Shown one piece after another: positions 56,845 through 64,000 of a stretch of DNA of 64,000 bases. Within the stretch, counting starts at the first letter, position 1, and each line of letters begins with the position of its first letter. Below the pieces are notes generated by a model, which saw nothing but the letters and a program-made list of their open reading frames with translations, did no database searches and was not told the DNA's origin. Source of the DNA: Bradymonadales bacterium (GTDB taxonomy: Bacteria > Myxococcota_A > UBA9042 > PWKZ01); contig PWKZ01000169.1 of NCBI GenBank assembly GCA_003559575.1, positions 197 through 64,196 on the forward strand, read 5' to 3'. The position numbers and the translations under genes were made by a program.

Positions 56845-58644
56845 TCATTGCCGCGGCCGCTGGGACCTCTTCCTCTCGACAAGTCTCTCCCCTCGACGCA
56901 GCGCCGCTTGCACCAGCGCCAGCAGGCGCCCTAGATCCGCGGGCGGCACCTCGATGCCCGGCAACGCCTGCCCCGTCAGCTCGTAGCGCTCGGTCACCCG
57001 CGCGTGGAGGCGACTTCGGGCCTCTCGCCTCGTGAGAGTAACACGCGCCTCACCACCATCTCGGTGGCTGAAGCGGGCGATCACGCCTTGCCCCTTGTCG
57101 CGCATTAGCCCAATCTTCTCGAGGGTCCAGCCCTCGATGGTCAAACCGATACTCCACGGGCGAAGTAGCCTCGCGACCCGCGCCGGCGCGAGCCACGGAT
57201 CGAGGCCATCCCGGGCACCCTCCATGAGCACTATCGCCTCGGCTGCCTTGAGCCGCTCGGGGTCCAAAGCGATCCGCCGCAACAGGTACGCTTTGGCGCG
57301 CGCCAGCGCGGAGGCGGGCCAGTCGCGGCTGCTTTGCAGGTAGGGGATCCCCCAGGGGTCGAATTGGAGCTCAAGCTCGGCGCGCCGGCGCCAGAGGAGC
57401 GAGCCCCGGTAGACTTGCAACAACGAGACGAGCACGGTCCCGACCACCGGCCGCTCCCCTGGTTCGGCGACGGTCCATTCTAGCAGTGTATCGAGGGTCT
57501 GCCGGAACCCCAACTCCGTGTCACCCGGCAGGCCCAGCACGATGCTCGCCACCGGTGGCCTGGTGCGTCGCCCGAGCGCCCACAGGCGCTCCTTCAATTC
57601 CTCCTGGTCGACCGGCGCCCGCTCCACCTCGACCATGGCGCGGGGCTCAAAGGTCTCGACCCCCAACAAGACCATCTGCGTGGGCACCCGCGCCAGTAGA
57701 TCCAGCTGCTCCTCATCCAGACAGTCATGGCGGAGATTGTAGGTGAAAAGCAGAGTTCGGCCGGGATCGACCTCGCGGAGAACCTCCACGAACGCGCGCA
57801 GAGCCTCCGTATCGTAATTGATCGCTGAATCGTTGAGGGTCGCGTGGCGGTGTCCGGCGCGGAGGGCCCACTCCAGATCACCGGCAATCCGGGCGGCCGA
57901 GAAATGCCGGAGCTGTTTATCGGCGTTCCAGGTGCAGTAGCCGCAGCCGTGCAAACAGCCGCGTGACAACTCCAACATCACCCCGTTCGGGGGCGGCGTG
58001 AGCACCCCCTGCTGGTAGGGGGAGGGGACCTCATCCAGCCGCTCAATGGCGACCGGCGGCGCCCCCCTCTCGATGCCGGAGCGAGCGCGGTAATAGATCC
58101 CCGGCACCTCGGCCAAAGCCCCCTCCGCGCGGGCGCTCAAGCGCGCCCGCAGCAACTCCCGAAAAGGGATCTCGCCTTCGCCGACAATGGCCACATCGGC
58201 CTCGGGCATCTCCCGCAACAGCCCTTCGGGATCCCCTTCGGTTCCGCGCCCCCCGAGCACCATCAAGGTGCCCGGCAGCTGCTCCCGCAAGGAGGACAGC
58301 GCGCGGCGCACCCCCGCCACGTTCCAGCAGTAGAGGGAAAAGCCGAGGATGTCCGGGCGCGCCGAGACGATGCGCGCGCGATCGCTATCGGAAAACCACA
58401 ACTCCTCGCGCGAGTCCTCGAGCTGCAACGGCTCGGCGACCACTTCGAGTTCGATCTCGTAATTATTCGCCAACTCAGGGAAGGACTCGGCGTAGGTTTT
58501 GAGGTAGGCGTTGGCCAGGCTATAGGGTTCGGGCGCCAGGGTGTCCACGAACCCGCCCTGGCTGCCGAACGGGCCGTCCATTCCCTCGGGGGTGATACTG
58601 CGGAAGCCCCCCACCAGGAGCACCCGCTGTCGCGCCCCGGTCAT
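56845..58644 (-). CDS. B12-binding-domain radical SAM protein
   Basis: N-terminal cobalamin-binding-like Rossmann region, then CxxxCxxC (SRGCLHGCGYCTWN). 599 aa. 4-bp overlap with the upstream plsC-like gene. Confidence 0.75.
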   Translation of the reverse strand: MTGARQRVLLVGGFRSITPEGMDGPFGSQGGFVDTLAPEPYSLANAYLKTYAESFPELANNYEIELEVVAEPLQLEDSREELWFSDSDRARIVSARPDILGFSLYCWNVAGVRRALSSLREQLPGTLMVLGGRGTEGDPEGLLREMPEADVAIVGEGEIPFRELLRARLSARAEGALAEVPGIYYRARSGIERGAPPVAIERLDEVPSPYQQGVLTPPPNGVMLELSRGCLHGCGYCTWNADKQLRHFSAARIAGDLEWALRAGHRHATLNDSAINYDTEALRAFVEVLREVDPGRTLLFTYNLRHDCLDEEQLDLLARVPTQMVLLGVETFEPRAMVEVERAPVDQEELKERLWALGRRTRPPVASIVLGLPGDTELGFRQTLDTLLEWTVAEPGERPVVGTVLVSLLQVYRGSLLWRRRAELELQFDPWGIPYLQSSRDWPASALARAKAYLLRRIALDPERLKAAEAIVLMEGARDGLDPWLAPARVARLLRPWSIGLTIEGWTLEKIGLMRDKGQGVIARFSHRDGGEARVTLTRREARSRLHARVTERYELTGQALPGIEVPPADLGRLLALVQAALRRGERLVERKRSQRPRQ

Positions 58645-59399
58645 CCCTCCCCTCCATGGGATACTCTCCCCTCGAGCGGGGTGGCGATGGCGGCACGCGT
58701 GCGAGCGATGAGCTCCGCTAGATCGCCCTCTCCCAGCCCGGTGGTCTCGATCGGAGGATGAACAAACGCATCCACCTTGCCCGGGAAAAGCTTCAGAGAT
58801 CGACCCGGCAACAGATCCCTCGTCCCCTTGATGGTCACCGGCAAGATCGGCAACCCAAGGTCGAGGGCGAAGCGAAACGCACCTTTTTTGAATGGCAGCA
58901 ACGCTCCGTCAGGAGAACGAGTGCCTTCCGGGAAGAAAACTATCGCAGTGCCGTCGCGGATTTTTTCGCGGGCTCTCTCGAGAGTGGCCAGAGCTTGTTC
59001 ACGATTCGACCGGTCGATATAGACGTGCCCGAGCTTACTGCATGCGAACCCGAACACAGGAATTTTGCGCAGCTCGGCCTTCATCACCCAGCGCAGGTCG
59101 AGCCCACTCCAGCCAATCAAGACGAAGATGTCCAGATGGCTCTGATGGTTGCTGACAACGACGTATGACTGCCCCGGCTTCATGTTCCCCTGATCGAAGA
59201 AGCGCACACGCATGGGGATTGCCGCCGCGTTGAGGCGTGACCAGATACGCCCGCAGATACCCGCCACGCGCGGGCCGGCGATCCAGGAAAGCACGATGCT
59301 CGTGATACCCAGCCCGAAAGTCGAGAGCCCCAGCAGTGGGAAGTAGACGACCCATTTGTATGGTTGGTAAAGGTTGAGCAGTGTTCGATTCTCTCGCAC
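58641..59399 (-). CDS. plsC: 1-acyl-sn-glycerol-3-phosphate acyltransferase-like (PlsC family)
   Basis: HXXXXD motif (VVSNHQSHLD) and FPEGTRS motif. N-terminal TM helix. Start set at GTG 59399 with GGAGGAAGG RBS. ORF track 58641..59552 overlaps the upstream gene and is probably too long. Confidence 0.75.
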   Translation of the reverse strand: MRENRTLLNLYQPYKWVVYFPLLGLSTFGLGITSIVLSWIAGPRVAGICGRIWSRLNAAAIPMRVRFFDQGNMKPGQSYVVVSNHQSHLDIFVLIGWSGLDLRWVMKAELRKIPVFGFACSKLGHVYIDRSNREQALATLERAREKIRDGTAIVFFPEGTRSPDGALLPFKKGAFRFALDLGLPILPVTIKGTRDLLPGRSLKLFPGKVDAFVHPPIETTGLGEGDLAELIARTRAAIATPLEGRVSHGGEG

Positions 59400-59439
59400 T
59401 TCCTTCCTCCCGGAGCCAGTGAAGCCCCCCCGCGCGTGG

Positions 59440-61818
59440 CTACAAGAGACCGCGACTTGCCAACATACCGTAGCAGGGATCATATTCGGGGCGGAAGAAC
59501 CCGCCACAGAGAATGTACTCGGTGCATTCGCGGCACACCGGGTGGCGCACACGGTGCGGCCTCGCGCGCTGGAGCGCCCAGGGTGGGAGCGGAGTCAACA
59601 CCCCGGGCAGATCGGGGAGCATGCACAACGGGACGCCCTGGACCGAGATCTCCGTCTGCAACTTTCGGCCGAGCAGCACCGCGCGCAACATCGCGTCACG
59701 CGCGTCTTCGAACCGCGCCACCGCCTCTCTTGCAAACGCGCGACTGTCCGGCTGCGGGTAAACGAGACGGATCGAGCGAATGCCGAGGCCCCGCGCAAAA
59801 CGCACGGTATCGACCAACAGGCTGAGATTACGGATCAGAACCGGGATGCGGGCTTCCAAATCGGTTATGCCGCTCTTGACCGCCTCGGCGACTCCGGCCA
59901 ACGTGCGCTCATGTGCCCCTTCGAGCGCGGCGATTTCGTCGTGAACCGGGGCCTGCGCCGCAAAGAGATCGATCACCAGGCGATCCACCAGTTGCTCATC
60001 GCGTCCCCCGAGAATGCGTCGCGCGACGGCGGGGCTAACGAGGCCGTGGGCATTGGTCAGGAGCGTCGTGCGCGAGAATCCCATCTCACGTACGCTCGCC
60101 AGTAGCCGGGGCAACAACGGGCTCAACGTGGGCTCGCCGCCCCCGATGAACACCTCGCGCGCCCCAAGAAACCGTGCTTGCTCCAGTTGCGCTGAGAGTT
60201 CAGCGAACCGCGGCGCCTCACCACCGCGGTCAAAGCCCTCGCGCGCCGCCTGCCGGCGCATGCCATCATCGCCCTCGGTCGGGTCCGGGAGACAATGACA
60301 CGCGAGGCAGCGCGCCGTGCACCGGCGCTCGATATCGAGAAAGACCATCGCTTGTGTGGCGGCGTGGAGGTGCTGCGCGTTGCGTTTCATCCGCGACACG
60401 TCGTCCGGATTGAACTCGGGGGTCTCGATGATACTTTGGATCTCCAGAGATTCGCCGGGGACTTCGTGGGGGGGAGTGGTGAAGTAGCCACTCTCCTCAC
60501 ACTCGCGAAACAGCGCGGTTCCCGGAAACGGGATGGCGTGTTGTAGCAATGGCCACGCACCGTATAGTTCGAACAGCCGCGTCGCAAACTCGAGCGTCTT
60601 GTTGATGCGCGCCTTCGTCTCGCCCGGCACGCCCATGATGTAGTGGACCTGGAGCGGCACCTGCTCCTCTTGACAGATTCGGGCTAGCTCGATCACTGTC
60701 CCGAGCTTCAGCCGCTTGTTTATCACCTTGCGCAGCAAATCAGGATCGCCGGACTCGGCCGAGACCGTTATCTTGGTGTTGCCGGCGGCCTTGATGGCGC
60801 GCACCGCGTCGCGATCGAGTTGATCGGCGCGAAAACCGTTGACCGCATCCCACGGCAAGCGCGCGCGCGCCATCCAGGCGACCAATTGACGAAAGCGCCC
60901 GGCGTTGACGTTGATGTTGTCGTCCAGGAACAGAAAACGATCGACCTCGTAGCGGTCCTTCAAGTCAGTGAGGACATTTTTCAAGTAATCCACCGAGTGG
61001 GCGCGCCAAGGGAGGTCGAGCACCTGGTTGGTGCAGAAATTACAGCGGTGAGGGCAGCCACGACTGGTCATGAGTGGAATCTGCCGCTCAACCACGTGGT
61101 ACTCATGCACCAAGCCGGCGCGGATCGCGTCGGCCTGGACCGAGAAGTAGTTGTCCATGTTGATGAGGTGGAACGCGGGCGGCGGCAAAGAGTCGATATT
61201 TTTTATGATTTCAGGCGGACTCGGATCGTAGGCGATGGCCTCGCCGCCGGGTCGGTGAGCGACCCGAGGAAGCCCTTCGACTCCCAGACCGGCCGCCAAC
61301 CGCGCGAGCAGCCGCGGGATGGTCGGCTCACCCTCCCCCACCACGATCCAGTCGGCCGAGGGCAGTGACGCCAACACCCGCCGCGGATCGTATGGAAAAT
61401 AGTTCATCCCACAGATGTGCATGTCGGCGAGCCCCAACGCTGCCTTGGGAAATGCCTCACGCAGCAGGGTGACCGTGGCCGGCACGAGGGTCTCCTGGAT
61501 CCGGTTGAGTTCGGAGAACATCGTCACGGCAACGCAGATGGCCAGCTCGTCACCGCCCGCGCCCAAGCCCATCCCGGCAACATTCTCGCCCACGGCGGCA
61601 ACCACACGCTCGGCCGGCACACCGACCTGCCGCATGCCGCTCTCCTCCGCCCTCATCTCGAGCTCGGAGCATAACGTGAAGGAGTCCACCACCCGAACCT
61701 GGTGGCCCAACTTCTCGAGCCAAGCGGCGTTTGCGAGCAAGCCGAGGGTGCTGAACATCGGATAGTGCGCGAAGATGAGCGGGAGGTGAATGGGGGGATT
61801 TACCAGGATGACGTTCAC
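59440..61818 (-). CDS. fusion protein: B12-binding radical SAM domain plus second radical SAM domain
   Basis: First Cys triad TSRGCPHRCNFC near residue 265. Second triad RRCTARCLAC near residue 497, followed by GGGEPTL and LLTNAHGL core motifs. 792 aa. Confidence 0.7.
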   Translation of the reverse strand: MNVILVNPPIHLPLIFAHYPMFSTLGLLANAAWLEKLGHQVRVVDSFTLCSELEMRAEESGMRQVGVPAERVVAAVGENVAGMGLGAGGDELAICVAVTMFSELNRIQETLVPATVTLLREAFPKAALGLADMHICGMNYFPYDPRRVLASLPSADWIVVGEGEPTIPRLLARLAAGLGVEGLPRVAHRPGGEAIAYDPSPPEIIKNIDSLPPPAFHLINMDNYFSVQADAIRAGLVHEYHVVERQIPLMTSRGCPHRCNFCTNQVLDLPWRAHSVDYLKNVLTDLKDRYEVDRFLFLDDNINVNAGRFRQLVAWMARARLPWDAVNGFRADQLDRDAVRAIKAAGNTKITVSAESGDPDLLRKVINKRLKLGTVIELARICQEEQVPLQVHYIMGVPGETKARINKTLEFATRLFELYGAWPLLQHAIPFPGTALFRECEESGYFTTPPHEVPGESLEIQSIIETPEFNPDDVSRMKRNAQHLHAATQAMVFLDIERRCTARCLACHCLPDPTEGDDGMRRQAAREGFDRGGEAPRFAELSAQLEQARFLGAREVFIGGGEPTLSPLLPRLLASVREMGFSRTTLLTNAHGLVSPAVARRILGGRDEQLVDRLVIDLFAAQAPVHDEIAALEGAHERTLAGVAEAVKSGITDLEARIPVLIRNLSLLVDTVRFARGLGIRSIRLVYPQPDSRAFAREAVARFEDARDAMLRAVLLGRKLQTEISVQGVPLCMLPDLPGVLTPLPPWALQRARPHRVRHPVCRECTEYILCGGFFRPEYDPCYGMLASRGLL

Positions 61819-63683
61819 CCTCTCTTCCTCCCCCGTGAGTCACGGCTCGCTTTTATCAACCATAGGTTAGATGTCGCGGGAGTGACGGGCCGGTGGTGGC
61901 GAACCTTGAACGGAAACCGCCCCATGAGATCCAACACCTGCTCACTCCGCCAGTTACGATAGTGCTCGTGCCCGAATGGCGCGTTCTCGTCGGCGAAGGC
62001 GACCTGCGCCGAGGTCCGTAGCATGGCAAACGGCGGCGAATCGCACAAATAGAGCGTCCCTCCGGAGCGTAACAATCGGGCGAACTGCGCGAAGGCCCGC
62101 TCGAGATCAAAGAAATGGTTGAATGAACGAAAAGCGAGGATGATGTCGAAGCTCTCGTCGGCGGCCTCGAACTCCTCGATCGTGCCCTCGTGCAACGTAC
62201 CGCCCACACCGGCGCCACGGAATCGCGCCAGCGCTCCGGCGTCGGGATCGAGTCCATGGTAATCAATTCGCGCTTCTCGGATGAGCGCCGCCAGCTCTTC
62301 GCGGTAGGGCTGCTCGCCGCAGCCCACATCGAGCACTCGCCCTCGGGCCCGCGAGACCTCCCTCCGCAGCCAGGTCTCCTCGGCAGTGAACGGAGGGTCG
62401 GGGTCCACCCGAACCGCCGTTGGGCACCGTTCTCTGTCAGGGCACGCGTGACACTCGGGGTGAAGACGGGCTCGACGCACCGCGGTCACGAAATCGTCTA
62501 GGGCGGCCCCCGCGCTCAGATCGAAATAGACCTGCTCCAGATCGTCCTTGACGACTCCAATCTCCCGATCCGTAAAGTCGTTGGCCGGGCAATGGTAGAG
62601 ATCGACCTCGCCATCACGGGCGAGCAGCAGGCGGCGGCAGAGAGGTGCCCCGCCGAGGTCGAGGCGCGTGGCCGAGCAACGACCGGCTCTCAACCGAAAG
62701 TTTTCGAGAGTGCGGTCGAACTCGTAGTTGAAGGAATTGGCGCGCACCGCCCTGGTCGGCCTGAGAGCGCGTTCGCCCTCGTGCTGAAGGAGCGGGGCCG
62801 GCGCGCCGGGGCAGGTGGCTTCGTGGACGCAGTCCTGGCAAGGGATTGGATGACTTCGCGCCGGATAATCGGGGTTATGCAACAGCCAGGCGTCCACTCG
62901 CTCGTCGGCAAACGCCGTTCCGGCGAGCGGTAGCCCATAGGCGGGAACACCGTAGCGCAGCCGCTCATCGCGAAGACTGGCATGCTCCTCGAGGAGGCAA
63001 GGCGCGAAACCCTCCCAGGCAACAGGCAATACGACGCCGGAGAGTGCCGCTGCGAGCCGGTCGGAGATCTCCGCCGCCGGTACCCAATCTTCGGCTTTGA
63101 CCCCCGTCAAAGGGGCGACAAAGCGGAGCCCAACGGCAGGAGAGCCCCCGAAATCGGCCAGAATCTCGCTGAGCGCCACTAGCTCCCCCAGGTTGGTGCC
63201 TGTCGGGCAGCACGCCACCTCGACAAACAGCTCTCGCGACCCCTCGCGAAGCAGACCGGCCAACCCGGTGGTGACCTGCTCAAAAGCCCCGGCGACTCCC
63301 ACCACCCGGTCATGGGTCGCTGCGACAGCGCCGTGGAGTCCCACTTGTAAATACCGCAACTCGGGCACGAGTAGGCGGCGGCGCACCCGTGGGTAGAAGA
63401 GCGCGCGGCCGTTGGTGACTACTCCGGCCGCGATCCCGACCTCCCTGCAGGCGCCGAGAAGTCGTGGCAAGTGGCGGTTCAGGGTCGGCTCGCCACCGAC
63501 GAAAACCGCCATCCCCGCCGCCGCGCCGCGCGCCAAAACCAGATCGCGCTCCACCTCGTGAAAATCGCGCTCGGGAGTGTTGAGCGAGTGAGTCGCCGGG
63601 TTGCGTGCGTTGTTTCCGCCCCCGATGCGAAGGACCGCCGCGGAATTCAAAATGCTGCTAAGCGCTCCGTGGCTCGCTATCAT
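61815..63683 (-). CDS. multidomain protein: radical-SAM-like domain lacking the Cys triad, Cys-motif middle region, C-terminal class I SAM methyltransferase
   Basis: GGEPTL and VTNGRAL radical SAM core motifs, but the position aligned to the paralog CTARCLAC reads GGGNNARNP. Middle CQDCVHEATCP and HPECHACPDRERCP. C-terminal MTase motif I VLDVGCGEQ. Start chosen at ATG 63683 with GAGGG RBS. ORF track runs to 63830 into the repeat. Confidence 0.6.
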   Translation of the reverse strand: MIASHGALSSILNSAAVLRIGGGNNARNPATHSLNTPERDFHEVERDLVLARGAAAGMAVFVGGEPTLNRHLPRLLGACREVGIAAGVVTNGRALFYPRVRRRLLVPELRYLQVGLHGAVAATHDRVVGVAGAFEQVTTGLAGLLREGSRELFVEVACCPTGTNLGELVALSEILADFGGSPAVGLRFVAPLTGVKAEDWVPAAEISDRLAAALSGVVLPVAWEGFAPCLLEEHASLRDERLRYGVPAYGLPLAGTAFADERVDAWLLHNPDYPARSHPIPCQDCVHEATCPGAPAPLLQHEGERALRPTRAVRANSFNYEFDRTLENFRLRAGRCSATRLDLGGAPLCRRLLLARDGEVDLYHCPANDFTDREIGVVKDDLEQVYFDLSAGAALDDFVTAVRRARLHPECHACPDRERCPTAVRVDPDPPFTAEETWLRREVSRARGRVLDVGCGEQPYREELAALIREARIDYHGLDPDAGALARFRGAGVGGTLHEGTIEEFEAADESFDIILAFRSFNHFFDLERAFAQFARLLRSGGTLYLCDSPPFAMLRTSAQVAFADENAPFGHEHYRNWRSEQVLDLMGRFPFKVRHHRPVTPATSNLWLIKASRDSRGRKRG

Positions 63684-63713
63684 TGGGCCCTCAACGATCC
63701 TGCACGAAACGAA

Positions 63714-63731
63714 TCCCCTCCCGAGGGAGGG
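63714..63731 (-). promoter_or_regulatory. perfect 8-bp GC hairpin in the 5-prime leader of the radical SAM operon
   Basis: CCCCTCCC GA GGGAGGGG, about 30 nt upstream of the proposed start codon on the minus strand. Confidence 0.3.
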
Positions 63732-63784
63732 GGGACGACGCTCAGAGTTAGCGACCGAGGATTGCCTGTCAAGGCCGGGGCTAC

Positions 63785-64000
63785 CCCCAATCCCCCGCCT
63801 CCACCGGCATTCGGCTGCCGATTCAGGCACATCTGCGGCGTCAGCTTCACCGATTTGGTGCTCCAGATAGCTCGGCTATCCCTCCGCCCGAAATCGGCTC
63901 GCCTCCTTGCAGCTACACCCGCTTCGACACCCTCGGTCCACGGACGCGGTGGATGATTGAGGCCAACCCTAATTCCCCACCTGCACCGGCATTCGCGCGT
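63785..64000. repeat. tandem, diverged copies of the intergenic repeat family (period ~181 bp, truncated by window end)
   Basis: ATTCAGGCACATCTGCGGCGTCAGCTTCACCGATTTGGTGCTC is a mutated version of the copy A core. CCAATCCCCCGCCTCCACCGGCATTCGG at 63785 recurs as CCTAATTCCCCACCTGCACCGGCATTCGCG at 63968. Includes the 33-bp block shared with 41609. Confidence 0.5.

Noticed and set aside
59374-60105. 243-aa plus-strand ORF overlapping the plsC start and the dual radical SAM gene
   Set aside because: Antisense. The region is better explained by the GTG-start plsC with a strong RBS and the upstream radical SAM stop.
1-64000. Searched for tRNA/tmRNA genes, CRISPR arrays, integrases/transposases and prophage hallmarks
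   Set aside because: No T-loop-like GGTTCGAATCC motifs, no regularly spaced direct repeats with spacers, and no recombinase-like ORFs were seen. The only mobile-like features are the short non-autonomous repeats.

Overview
High-GC (roughly 65-70%) bacterial chromosomal segment. Gene content (MopE-type Cys-rich giant lipoproteins, several FHA-domain proteins, many lipoproteins) suggests a Myxococcota/Bradymonadia-like deltaproteobacterium; this lineage call is inference only. About 45 protein genes are supported. Left half (mixed strands): two hypothetical lipoproteins, an acyl-CoA mutase large subunit, the threonine-degradation pair tdh-kbl, an OmpA-family protein, a Kelch-like lipoprotein bracketed by MITE-like repeats, a divergent tubulin/FtsZ-like GTPase, gyrB-gyrA, an apparently split rdgC, truD, a PduO-type corrinoid adenosyltransferase, an acyl-CoA synthetase, two FHA proteins (one fused to a Walker-A-dead CpaF-like domain), an orphan mlaE permease, a crotonase, and a metalloprotease lipoprotein. 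Middle: an RRM RNA-binding protein and two tandem paralogous ~2000-aa lipoproteins (about 12 kb) built from 10-12 Cys-rich modules with CNGxDDxCxGxxDE metal-binding motifs, a beta-helix domain and a PGRS-like Gly-rich C-terminus ending in Phe. These sit divergently from an nrfHA cytochrome c nitrite reductase operon that has a perfect FNR box and a sigma70 promoter. Right half (all minus strand): a rubredoxin-fused NAD(P)H flavoprotein reductase, a GT2, dut, pnp, rpsO, truB, rbfA, DUF503, infB, ylxR, nusA, rimP, and upstream of them a separately terminated 4-gene operon: B12-binding radical SAM, PlsC-like acyltransferase, a fused B12-radical-SAM plus second radical SAM protein, and a protein with a radical-SAM-like domain lacking the Cys triad, Cys motifs and a class I methyltransferase. 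That operon is the strongest candidate for an undescribed (probably lipid-modifying) system. A family of ~180-bp intergenic repeats with 13-14 bp terminal inverted repeats (CCATAATCGTCGG ... CCGACGATTATGG) occurs at least five times. No tRNA, rRNA, CRISPR or prophage signal was seen.
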